64,000 nt of DNA from assembly GCF_035594765.1 (NCBI RefSeq), contig NC_085841.1, forward strand, positions 349,007,402 to 349,071,401. The letters are read 5' to 3'. The notes beneath the pieces were generated by a model. It saw only the letters and a program-made list of their open reading frames with translations, made no database searches and had not been told where the DNA came from. This DNA is from Anolis carolinensis. Taxonomy: Eukaryota. How positions within the stretch are numbered: the first letter of the stretch is position 1; each line of letters begins with the position of its first letter. This document shows positions 50,046 through 62,107 of the stretch, piece by piece. A program made the position numbers and the translations under genes.

Positions 50046-53000
50046 TTCTCTAGTTAGATAGAGTGAGAGGTATGTTATCTTGGTTTGAGCACTGGACAAA
50101 ACTCTGGAGGCCATGGTGCAAATTCCCCACTTGACATGGAAGCCCACCCTTGACAAGTCATACTCTGTCAAGGTGCATTTACACTGTAGAATGAATGCAG
50201 TTTGACACCACTTTAACTGCCATAACATCTCAGTGTTACGGAATCCTGGGAGTTGTTTTTGGCAAGGAAGACCTTGTAAAATGACAACTCCTGGAATTCC
50301 ATAGCATTGAAGCAGGGCAGTTAAAGTGGCATTAATTACACAGTGTAGATGCAGTCTCAGAAGAAGGCAAGCCAATCCTCCCTCAGAACAAATCTTGTTC
50401 AGAAACTCCTGTGATGGGGTCACTATAAATTGGAAGCTACTTGATGGCATACAGCTACAAAATTAAATATAATAAAAAAACATTGTTTATAAGCCCATCT
50501 TACACATTTTGTATTGATATAAACATAAGGCTATAAGTGTGCTAATCTACTTTTTGACACTTCTAATGTGCATGTCCTCCAGTTAGAGCTGTTGTTATAA
50601 TCTAATTGCAGTCATTCTTTGAATCGGGTGGCCTCATCTTCACATATCAGAAGCACTCACAGTTGCTTTTATTGTTGCTGGTGTTTTGTAGTCGCTGATT
50701 TTGTCAAAATTTCGGGTAGCTTAGCTACAATATTGTGCAGTTTGGTATGACAGGGTTCCATAGGAGTGACACCATGAATTACCACTCTGGGTGACACCAA
50801 CCATAGTGGCATTACTATGGGAAAGGGAGCTTTCATGTCATTTCTCCCTTTTCTCCTCATCTTCAACTTCCCAAAAAGAAGTGCTAGAAATCAAATCATT
50901 TCAGTACCCACAACCACTCTTCAGGGTTTCTAGAGGTTTCTTTTTGGAAAGTAATAAAACCTTGTACATACTCAAGGGTTCCAACTCTTCGGGCTGGTCC
51001 ATGAGGTCATGAAGTATCAAAGGTGACTGAACATACAACAACAACATATTCAAGAGAACTCTGATGAATTGCTTCAGCCAACTTTGAGAACACATTTTGG
51101 GGTAGAGTTCTAACAAGCCTCAGTTCAAGCTGTGGTTTCTTTCTTTACCTCTCTCATTATTGCTTGTAAATTCTTTCTAGACCACTCAGAAAATAAAGGT
51201 TCAGTATTACTTATTCCTTGTGCTTGGATTTCTGGTTTATTTTTAGATTTTGTGATATATCTTAGAGATGGGACTGAACATAAACATGAAATTCATGTGT
51301 TTCATATATACCCTATACACAAATTTTATATATAATATTTTAATAATTTTGTGCATGAAATAAGATGTGTGTACATTGAACCATTAGAAATCAAAAGGAT
51401 AACTATCTCAGCCTCCCATGTGGCCAATTTTGGATTTTGGAGCATTTTGAATTTCTGGATAAGGGATACTCAACCAGTACAAGTTGGTTGTGAATTCATG
51501 CTTAATGTCAGAATCACAGGTTTGCATATGTAGAAAGTGTGAATGTGAGATATTTATGGTTTGTTCTCTCACCTCTGAGAAACTTAAGAGTACTCTATAT
51601 ATGTTTTGCTTCAGTAGAAATAAAAAGCATTGCTGATGGAGACTATAGGAATCCAATTTGGAATTGAAAGTTATTGTTTTCTTTATTGTTTGGTATAGTT
51701 TATTCAATGTATATGTTAAACACCATAATGGAGGTTCTGTCTTAAAACACTAGTAATATCTCAAAATTTTAGGAATATGAAGGAATAATTTTAATAGCTT
51801 TATTCTTCATGGATTAAAACTCTATGTATTTAAAACAATGGGCAGAAATCTACTCAGGAAATTCCCTTTCCTTTTAAATCACTTTATCCCTAATTTTAGC
51901 CCTTGATTTTCCTCCCTCTGTGCATTTGTCATATCCATTTGTTGTTTCATATTTCTGAGTTCATATGGTGTATAATGTGTGAAAATCCCAATCTTGGGGA
52001 AAATGTGAGGTATAAATAAAGGTATTGAAACTCCTTAGATTCTACACAATCAGGTAGATGGAGAGGGCTTAAGACATCAAGAAGATTTATTAGTTGTATT
52101 TTCTGTATTTTTATGGATGAGGCCCTAACATTGGAGCTTTTTTTCTTAAGTGGTAAAGAGGAAGAATTCTTTAAAATACTCCACTCTTACCTGCATCCTT
52201 TGCTAAATTAATTTTGCAATATCCACTGTTATCACCTGTTGGATTCTTGAACCAAAAATAGCTTTTGTGGACCTTCTCATTTCTGTATATGTGTAGATTG
52301 GAAAGTGACCAGTTCCTGATTTTTCCATCTTATGCATTTTTGATCATTTGGATCATTCTGCCTTTATTAAAGGTAGAAAATTGGCGTCTCCTTTTAACTA
52401 TAGACGTCAATTGTCTTATAGCTTTCTGTAGTTTAGTGTTTTATTCTGCATGATTCTATTCAGTTCTTCTCTGGAGAAACTCTTGATGTGGTATTAATTT
52501 TTTATGCATGTTTTTGAGTCAGGTGGATCTGAGAGTAGAGCCTTTACTTTGTTCTTTAAAGAGCATAACCATGCAAAGGTGGCTATAATTAATGTTGACT
52601 TTCAGAGAGTGCTTCTTCATTTAAGTCTTTCCTCCCCTCCCCTGTTGCTTTTAGGGAAGTAAATATTTGTAATTTCCTAATGTATTTCTCTGCTAGGCAG
52701 ATATATCCTGCTTTAAAGTTGGAAATTGGATGAACCTCTGGCCTCCTTATAACCATAAAATGCTTTGATAGAAGACTAGTTGAGTGAGTGCTTCTGCTCT
52801 AGCATATGAATAATATGCATTCTGGAGAAGAAAGCACATACATTTAGCTTATAAGTATCATTATGACTCTCTATATATTTGTTTTGAAGAAGAGGGGAAT
52901 GAAAACTTCCTAACCGTTTAATAATTCACTGTTCTCATTTGAACAATTATTCCAGCTTTATACATAATGATCATACTTAATATTCATTTAAAACTTTCAA

Positions 53001-54227
53001 ATTTTAAATGTACGTACATTGCATACATTATTTTGTAATCCTTACATTGAAATTACTTAATTGTGATATCTTGTCGGTTGTTGTGAAGGAGCTCCATTAA
53101 TTAATTGCAGTAGATGCCATAGTGGTTGACCTAATCTGTTATTTTTTTTACAGCTTAAGCCAAAGCTGCTTAAATGGGGGCGAGTGGGTAAAAACTCTTT
53201 AAAAGTGTTCTAATCATGAATTTTAGTGGTTGCAATCTTAGTTACGCAAGTTGTCTGTCACATGAGAACAGGGCATTGGATTAGGCAGGACATTCGTTGT
53301 GATGCTTCCCCGATTGTGATCCTCCATGTTTACCAGGTAAATTTTAGTCCATCTGTTACATTTGTGCTTTATAAAGCAGAAGGAAACCTTTCGAATGTAG
53401 AAATGTTGAACTTCCTGACTGTCCCTTGGTGATTGGAGCAGAAGGAATACATTCCTAGATCTCAGGCATAAGATTCACTAAACGTTTCTGTCAGCTTGGG
53501 GACAATATTCGGAGAATAACTTTCATTTTCATTCTCTCTCACCAGTGTGTTTTGAAAATGCAGTTACTGGCTCAGCTAGATTCAATCTGTTATACTTGCT
53601 TTGACTTGTAGGCATTTATTTTGCATAATGATCTGTCAGGTGTTGGCCTCACATCAGAAACACATGTTTAGGACATAGATGTTCAACCTGTTTAATAGTC
53701 AGATCCGTGACAGAACATGGTGCTGTGCAGATTGACAATGCTGGCAATGACATCAAAGATCCAAACATGTTTGCTCTTGTCTAGTGATAATATTTTGTGT
53801 TTATGTAGCACATCTTGATCTTTTGATAGATTTTATATAGTATCTTAAGTAATCCTTTCAGAAAATTCTGAATGTGTCTACACACAGTGTAGGAGTAATG
53901 AAGATGGCATCACTTTTAATTGCTGTGGTCCAATGCTATGGAATCCTGAGATTTGTAGTTTAGTGCGGCACCAGTGCTCTTTAGCAGAGAAGGTTAAAAG
54001 ACTTGTAAAACTACAACTCTCATATTTCCCTAGCATTGAGTCATGCAATTAAAGTGTTGCCAAACTGCATTAATTCTTTGGTGTAGGTGCATCTAAATTG
54101 ATAACATTAGCCAATATGATTGTCTCCATTGTGCCATAGGAAGAGTGAGACAAAAAGAATGATGACTTTCCACAGACTATCTTGATTTGGAGTCAATATC
54201 TGGATTTGCAGCTTCTTAGTTCAAACT

Positions 54228-54420
54228 GGGAAAATGGAAGGAAAAAGGAAGAGGGGCTGACCAAGGGCAAGATGGTATCCTTGAAGTGACTGGCTTGACC
54301 TTGAAGTAGATGAGGGTGGCCATGGCGGACAGGGAGCTCTGGTGGACAGGGAGCTCTGGCGTGGACTAGTTAATGAGGTCACAAAGAGTCAGAAGTGACT
54401 GAACGAATTAACAACAGCAA
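54228..54420 (+). mobile_element. RTE/BovB-like LINE 3' fragment
   Basis: ggaaaaaggaagagggg...gaggtcacaaagagtc...gactgaacga plus a (caa)-like tail. Confidence 0.6.
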
Positions 54421-55048
54421 GTTCATACTCTTGAAACAGTACATTAGTTTCACTCCTGCAAATACTGTTGATGTAGAAGCAGGAGAGACTCTTACTGCTG
54501 TTTGCTTTCTCCAGAAGGTTAAATGAGAACCTGCTCTTTCTCCCCAAATGTCTCCTTATACATTTCTATGGCAATAGAATTTAGTGGTTTCAGACAAGTT
54601 TTTAAATTCCGCAGGTGTGGTCATCTTTATTTGAAAAGACTCATGTTTTGCACATTAATTTGTGCTGTTTTATAGTTCGATAACTAGATTCAGATACTAT
54701 GCTTAATTATGATTTAATGTTACAATGAACTTCGGGTAGGTATTTGCTTATACCTATGAGAATGTAAAAAGATCAAAGGTATTAACATTTAGCATAATGT
54801 ATGATTGTGTTCAAAGTTTCTCTGATCATTACTATGGTTTATTGAAATATCACCTTTGTAAATTATAGTTTAAGGTGGGATTCTTGTGTACCTCTAGATG
54901 TTGTTGGACTTCACTTTCAGTAGCTCTTGCCAATATAGCCAGTGATGAGGAATGCTGGGAACTGTACCCCAACAACATCTAGAGAAGGTATAGGCAAACT
55001 TTGGCCCTCCAGGTGTTTCGGAGTTCAACTACCACAATTCCTAACAGC

Positions 55049-56594
55049 TAGAATAGTAGAATCATAGAGTTGGAAGAGACCTCATGGGCCATCCAGTCCA
55101 ACCCCCTACCGAGAAGCAGGAAATTGCATTCAAAGCACCCCCGACAGATGACCATCTAGCTTCTGCTTAAAAGCCTCCCAAAGAAGGAGCCTCCACCACA
55201 CTCCGGGGCAGAGAGTTCCAGTGCTAAACAGCTCTCGCAGTGAGGAAGTTCTTCCTAATGTTCAGGTGGGATCTCCTTTCTTTCCTGTAATTTGAAACCA
55301 TTGATCCGTGTCCTAGTCTCCAGGGCAGCAGAAAATAAGTCCCTATGACTTCCCCTCACATATTTATACATGACTATCATGTCTCCTCTCAGCCTTCTCT
55401 TCTGTAAGCTAAACTATCCAGCTCTTTCAGCCACTCCTTGTAAGGCTTCTTCTCCAGACCTTTGATCATTTTAGTTGCCCTCCTCTGGACACATTCCAGT
55501 TTGTCAACATCTCCTTTCAATTGCGGTGTCCAGAATTAGACACAGTATTCCAGGTGTGGTCTGACGAAGGCGGAATAGAGTAGTAGCATGACTTCCCTGG
55601 ATCTAGACACTATACTCCTATTGATGCAGGCCAAAATCCCATTGGCATTTTTAGCTGCCACATCACATTGTTCGCTCATGTTTAACTTGTTGTCCACGAG
55701 GACTCCAAGATCCTTTTCACACATATTGTTGTTGAGCCAGGCATCCCCCATTCTGTATCTTTGCATTTTATTTTTTTCTTCTTAAGTGGAGTATCTTGCA
55801 TTTGTCCCTGTTGAACTTCGTTTTGTTAATTTCGGCCCATTTCTCTAATCTGTTAAGATCATTTTGAATGCTGCTCCTGTCTTCTGGAGTATTAGCTATC
55901 CCTCCCAATCTGGTGTTGTCTGCAAACTTGATGATCATGCCTTCTAACCCTTCATCTAAGTCATTAATAAGGATGTTGAACAGAACCGGGCCCAGGATGG
56001 AACCCTGCAGCACTCCACTTGTCACTTCTTTCCAGGATGAATGACACATTGATGAGCACTCCTTGGGTTTGTTCACTCAGCCAATTACAGATCCACCTAA
56101 CCGTAGTTTTGCCTAGCCCACATTTGACTAGTTTGTTTGCCAGATGGTCATGGGGGACCTTGTCAAAGGCCTTGTTGAAATCCAGATACGCTACATCCAC
56201 GGCGTTCCCTGCATCTACCCAACTTAAAACTCTTTCGAAAAAAGAGATCAGATTAGTTTGTCATGACTTGTTTTTGGTAAATCCGTGTTGACTATTAGCA
56301 ATGACTGTATTTGTTTCTAAGTGTTTGCAGACCACTTCCTTAATGATCTTTTCCAGAATCTTGCCTGGCATTGATGTGAGGCTGACCGGACGGTAATTGT
56401 TTGGGTCGTTCTTTTTTCCCTTCTTGAAGATAGGGACCACATTTGCCCTCCTCCAATCTTCCGGGACTTCTCCTGTTCTCCAAGAACTCTCGAAGATAAT
56501 TGTCAGTGGTTCTGAAATAACCTCAGCTAGTTCCTTCAATACTCTTGGATGTAGCTGATCTGGCCCTGGGGACTTGAATTCGTTTAGAGCAGAC
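55049..56594 (-). mobile_element. 5'-truncated CR1 LINE with a disrupted ORF2
   Basis: Three or more broken RT frames (NYRPVSLTS, YLDFNKAFD, FADN); CR1 3' tail. Confidence 0.95.
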
Positions 56595-56962
56595 ATAATA
56601 ATTTGGACATCTGTCTACCACTCCATCGGTCTAGAAACATTTGCACTTTGTCCTTGACCCCAAAGCACTTTAGAACTATATTTTGCACTTTAGTCAAGTG
56701 GCCCCCTCCATGCTATCCCCTCCACCAACCTGGTTGATCCATTATTCTATTTTATTTTAATTTGATTTTAATTGTTAATTGAGTTTTGATGGCCTATTGC
56801 ATTGTTTGCTTAAGGTAACTGTTTGTATAATTGTTGATTTTACTGTATTTTATCGTAAAACTGTTTTACCTGTTTGTATTTTGGGGCTTTTGTCCCGTGT
56901 TAGCTGCGCTGGGAGATGGTGGCGGGATAGAAAAATAAAGTTATTTACTTACTTACTTACTT
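56595..56962 (+). mobile_element. L2-like LINE 3' UTR with (TACT)n tail
   Basis: T-rich UTR, ...ggcgggatagaaaaataaag, then a microsatellite tail. Confidence 0.55.
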
Positions 56963-57593
56963 CCTGTTAGGAATTGTGGGAATTGAAGTCCAAAACACCT
57001 GGAGTGCCGAAGTTTACCCATGCCTGATCTAGAGGGCTACATGATTCATGCATTGGACAATAGTTAAGATTCACCAGGTGCAGATTGAGACAAAATGTTA
57101 TTTTGTTTAGTTCAAAATGGAAGCAAAATCTTTTGATCTTCTGGCAGCTGTGCTGTAGGAGGGAAAGAGAGGTGGTTATAACAAGATATGTTCATATAAT
57201 ATTAAACAAGATAGGTTCATATAATACCGAAATAATGGAATAGGAGGGCAAGATGTTTTTTCAACAAATAAAATTTGCCCTTGCTGTTAAGTTCCTTCAA
57301 ATCTCATAAAGTGTCCTATAGAATGTAAAGAAACTTTATAATATTTTTCTTTCCAGGTTATGTAAAGCAAAATGATGTATGAAAATTATGCTCAGCTAAA
57401 CAAGATGTACATTAGGTATGTGATACCATATTTTAAAAAAACCCTTTCAGAGGAAAATGAGGGAGAGAGAACATTAACTTTTTTGTCCTTTCAGTGAAAT
57501 GTAATTCACATAACAGGAAAAGTCTTTCCCCCCATAAAGTTTGATATTTATATTTTCCCCCCAGCCTGGAGGTAGCACATGCAGATGTTTACA

Positions 57594-57812
57594 ATGGCCT
57601 CGGAAACTCCATCTTCCTCTTTCAAAGAGTTCTGCCCTTTGTACTACCTTCTCAATGCAATTCCTACAAAAATTCAAAAGGGATTTCGTTCCATTGTGGT
57701 GTATCTCACTGCGCTTGACACAAATGGAAACTACATTGCTGTGGGCAGCAGTATTGGAATGCTGTATTTGTACTGCAGGCACTTTAACCAGATGAAAAAA
57801 TACAATTTTGAG
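57594..57812 (+). CDS. TECPR2: TECPR2 first coding exon
   Basis: MASETPSSSFKEFCPLYYLLNAIPTKIQKGFRSIVVYLTALDTNG...; GAG|gtaagg; in-frame upstream ATGs at 57579 and 57585. Confidence 0.95.
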
Positions 57813-58156
57813 GTAAGGACAAACATTTTCTAATTACAGCATGGCTCCATTTTTCAAAATATTTCATTTTCTTTTGAGCTTTCTGTGTTGTGTTGGATAA
57901 TCTGCCTTGGTTACATTAATGGGGTATACTTTGTCAAAAGAGATGGGAGAGTGTGGCCCTGTTGATTTTTTAAATCTCTTAATCCCATTTGTAATCATAA
58001 TATCCTGATAGACAGGCTTTACAAATTTTGTAAGAGGAACACTCCTCAATGGTACTTTTGCCAGTGTTTGGGAGAAAAACACTCAGAAGAAGCAACCATA
58101 TGATGCTCAAATATTAGCATACTAATTCTGCTATGTTTTTGCTTTTGTTTTATTAG

Positions 58157-58285
58157 GGGAAAAATGAGACAATTACTGTTGTGAAGCTTTTGAGCTGCTT
58201 TGATGATCTGGTTGCTGTTGGGACAGCGTCAGGCAAAATTGCTATTTTTCAGCTTGTCTCTTCATTGCCTGGGAGAAATAAACAA
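58157..58285 (+). CDS. TECPR2: TECPR2 coding exon 2
   Basis: GKNETITVVKLLSCFDDLVAVGTASG...PGRNKQ; GT-AG. Confidence 0.95.
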
Positions 58286-58620
58286 GTAAGAGCCAAACAT
58301 AATTAAACTTCTAAGATGTCCAAGACAGTTTCATTAAATTGTCTAGTTCTTTATTTATGGCAGTCAGGAAAAACTGTACTTAATGAAACACCTTGCAAGC
58401 ACTCATTGGTGGGTTTTTCTTTCTTGAAAGTTGTAATTAGACAGGACAACTTGTTTGGTAACATGTTTCTGTTAAATATCTGATGCGTGTGACAATGAAG
58501 TAGTCTGATTGATAGGAAGATGTGCTAATATTTAAGCTGGCCCAATGAATCAAGTCACTGTATGTCTTCCCTTTTCTCCTCTTTCTCCTTTGTATGTTCA
58601 CGTGGTGCATTCGCTTGCAG

Positions 58621-58752
58621 CTTCGGAGGTTTAATGTTTCTGGTTTCCACAAAAGTAGCATCACAGCCTTGGCATGGAGTCCTAATGGAATGAAATTATT
58701 CTCTGGAGATGACAAAGGAAAAATAGTCTATTCTGCTTTGGATTTAGATAAG
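58621..58752 (+). CDS. TECPR2: TECPR2 coding exon 3 (WD40)
   Basis: LRRFNVSGFHKSSITALAWSPNGMKLFSGDDKGKIVYS; GT-AG. Confidence 0.95.
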
Positions 58753-59479
58753 GTAAATTGTTGGTTGTTTGAAATGCAAACTCTTGATACTAGAGACCTA
58801 GGCTTCTTGCCCTGTCCCATGTTAAAAATAAGGCCAAAGGACTTTGTTTTCCATGGTGGCCTTCTAAATGCTTCTGAAAAGCTTACAAATAAGGCATAAG
58901 AAGCATAACCTTCTCCTGTTACTTTTCTCCTCTGCAGTTAGCATTCAGAGTCATGACACCTGTAATATCTAGCCATCATGACTACGATAGTAGCCATTAA
59001 TAAAAAGATGGAGTATCATACTACGTTACAGGCCATCTTCCCATATTGAGAAAGCGGCTTCCATAGTTTAAATATCAGTTATGTGGAATCTCACCATTAT
59101 GTTCAGTTTAAGGACCCAAGGTTCTAATACTGTTCGACAGGCAAAAATCCCTGAACTATTGGAAGAAAGTTCTTGAACAGAAGTTCTGGAACAGACATGA
59201 GAGAGCCAGCTTGTTCTAAGTACGTAAGGGAGCAGTCATGTACAAGTCTTTCTGTGTTGATACAGAATTCATTGGGAGGGATGGTTTCTTTTTATCTCTC
59301 CCAATTTGTTGAATGTGAAACAGTTGCACTCAGTCCAACACTACAGAAATACAGCTGTGCAGTTGTGTGTATTTTACGTAAAATTAATTATCCATTCAGT
59401 TGTAATTTCAGTGTTTTGATTCCTTGACACTGTTGTCAGTTAGCACAAAATTTGCAAAGTGCCATTAATGTAAACCTCC

Positions 59480-60654
59480 TGTCAAAGACAGAACGCCACC
59501 AAATAGAGTAAAACTCAGTTTATTGAGGTTACAAAACTGAAAATGCCTGTAGGAAACAAAGGATTAGGCAAACACTTGACTTCAGTGTGAAAAGTAACAA
59601 AAAACAGCTCCGTTTGAACTAAAACGGTTCAAAAAGGATAAACCGGATTAAACAGGAGTTTAATCCGGATTAAATCAAAAGTGCTTACTTCAGCCTGCAA
59701 ATTTAGCAAACAAGAGGATTAACAGAAGGTCAGAATGAACACAATAAATTGGCAGCAGATTCCTCTCTGCTACTCAAAATCTACCGATGAGTAAATCAGG
59801 CTGTTTACTCCTCCGTGCAACGAGCGAAATCCGGGTCCAGGCACATCAATCAGGGTAACGGCAGTCAGCAGGGTCTCAATCCGGTCCAAGGTCGAAAGCC
59901 AAGTGCAGACGTCTAGAATTCCACAAGTCCCACCGATAGCCACAGAAGGGATAATCCGGGGTCGAAGTCAGTCAGTCCAGCGTCAATCCAGAGTAGGTAA
60001 TTAATGTCCGTCAAAAAGACGACGGAGGTCCAAGCTATTAAGATTAAACACAAGTTGCACAGAAAAACCCCACACAGTACCTCCCGCCGTCTATGCCCAG
60101 TGTCCTTAGTAACTTACGTATCCAGCAACGAATCACACCCGTCTTCAGGAAGTTCCCCAACAAGAGCCCAAGCGTTCGTCCAGATTACCTTGCCCAACGC
60201 AATTAGACATTGATCCTAAACCCCATTTTATCCCAGTTCAAGCTCATCATCGCTGTCAGCTGCCATCCTAATCCCAGGTGCCTCATCATCGTCATCCTCA
60301 TCAGAGCTAAAACACCTTTGACTACGCCCCACAGCATCCCCAGCTGTGGATCCCGCTCCATCCCTCCAGCCCATCCATGGGTCTGATCCTGCAACCCGCC
60401 AATCGCCTCCCATGCTTTCATTGCCGGTGACACCCAAATCCTCCCTCACACGAGTCCACTCCATGTCATCCTCCTCCGAGCTGACCATTTCTTCCTCCAT
60501 TCCCTCGGTAAAACCCTCAAAAGAGTCCTCATCTGTTGGTTCTGCAAATAAGTCCCGGAGCCGTTTCCTTTCACGCTCCTCAAAAGAGTCTGACTCACGA
60601 GGAGTCTTACGACCCCGTCTCCTAGTATCGGAGCCAGAAGGCTCAACCATAACA
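59480..60654 (-). mobile_element. Solo LTR (1175 bp) of a Gypsy- or BEL-type LTR retrotransposon
   Basis: TGT...ACA termini; 5-bp TSD CCTCC at 59475-59479 and 60655-60659; AATAAA on the - strand at 59519-59524; CpG-rich relative to the host intron. Confidence 0.88.
60228..60650 (-). CDS. LTR-embedded 140-aa acidic ORF with a basic patch and an FxGF motif (putative)
   Basis: Uninterrupted frame starting 4 nt inside the LTR end; RRRGRK and LRDLFAEPTDEDSFEGF. Confidence 0.45.
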   Translation of the reverse strand: MVEPSGSDTRRRGRKTPRESDSFEERERKRLRDLFAEPTDEDSFEGFTEGMEEEMVSSEEDDMEWTRVREDLGVTGNESMGGDWRVAGSDPWMGWRDGAGSTAGDAVGRSQRCFSSDEDDDDEAPGIRMAADSDDELELG

Positions 60655-61166
60655 CCTCCACATGCAGAGATTTATACTACACACTCTTGATCTAGAACCT
60701 AGATACCCTCACATGCACACAGCATGCATATATTTACTCATGTATTGTGGTGGCGGCTTGCAAAGCTTAGGTCTACAGTTCTGCTCATATTTGGAATTAA
60801 TGAGTAATTTTGAATACTGCAAGTCTTTCATAGAGTTGGAAGAGACCATAAGGGCCATCCAGTCCATCCTCTTACAATGAAGGAACACACAATCAAAGTA
60901 CGTCCGGCAAAAGGCCATCCAACCTTTGATTTAAAATCTCCAGACAAGGAGATTCCACCAACTTAAGGAAATCTTGGCAAGAATAATGTTTTGTCTTATA
61001 TGATGTGAACTATGGAAACTGAATTAAGATGGGTCTTTGTCAGGTAGTCAGCTGTTATTTGAACCAGTTTTAACCAAGCTAACATAGGTACCTAGCACGT
61101 TTTAATGTACACAGGATCTTATCTTGAAAAATCGTTACAATCTCACCCTTTGTTCTGTTTTTCCAG

Positions 61167-61324
61167 GGACTCTGCACCTCCACTTTGGTATTGGAAGAGC
61201 CATGTTCAATTGTGCAGCTGGATTATAGTCAGAAAGTACTGCTGGTCTCCACTTTACAACGAAGTCTACTTTTTTATACTGAAGAAAAGTCTGTCAAGCA
61301 AGTTGGAGCCCAACCCAGAAAAAA
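61167..61324 (+). CDS. TECPR2: TECPR2 coding exon 4
   Basis: GLCTSTLVLEEPCSIVQLDYSQKVLLVSTLQRSLLF...QPRK; phase 2 donor. Confidence 0.93.
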
Positions 61325-61794
61325 GTAACTCTTAAATTTTGTTCCAAGCAGCTGTAAATGGAGATGGGTTTGAATGGCTTCTTGAGAGCCTTACAGCTTT
61401 TCTTAAAATGTTTTATAAGAAATGTTTCATCTCCAAAACTAGTAGTAAAAGAAGCATAATAGATAATTTCATGTATTGTTCCTGTAACTTCAGTTCATTA
61501 CCATAAAATATACAATATGGATGTTGAGGGCTAGTATGTTAATCTCGTAAACTGCCCTTTTATTGTCTATACAATTAGCAGTCCTAACTACAGTGAGGCA
61601 TTTGATTAAATGAAGTTTATTGAAACGTTAACGTGATTCAATGAGTATTTTCTATTTGGGGTTGGCAGTTGAATGTAGGTCCTTAAAAATTGGATTATTA
61701 TTGTCAGTCAACTCCAACCTGGAGTTTTAGAATCAATATTTTTCACCCACAAATATAATTGTGTCGTTTGACTATTCTTTTTTTAAAATTGTAG

Positions 61795-62107
61795 TACTGG
61801 CAAATTTGGAGCATGCTTTATACCTGGTCTATGTAAACGAAGTGACCTAACATTATTTGCTGGAAGACCAGGGATTCGTCTTTGGAAATCGGATGTCCAT
61901 GGGACTGTTCAGGCTACATTCATTTTGAAAGATGTATTTGCTGCTGGGATGAAGCCTTTTGAATTATATCCTCGAGTGGAACCCTTAAACAAGAATAGCT
62001 ATAATTTCCCAGAGAGGCAAATTGGACTCATTTCCTGCTTTTTCCAGGAAGGGTGGGTGTTGAGCTGGAATGAATATAGCATCTATTTATTGGACACAGT
62101 AAACCAG
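61795..62107 (+). CDS. TECPR2: TECPR2 coding exon 5
   Basis: TGKFGACFIPGLCKRSDL...WNEYSIYLLDTVNQ|gtgagt. Confidence 0.95.

Larger units (their letters stand above)
54985..57026. mobile_element. hAT MITE split by CR1 and L2-like insertions
   Basis: Left arm 54985-55048, right arm 56964-57026; perfect 8-bp TSD ATCTAGAG at 54977-54984 and 57027-57034. Confidence 0.85.

Noticed and set aside
49542-50450. PolyQ, polyL and polyS ORFs
   Set aside because: Translations of microsatellites and MITE sequence in an intron
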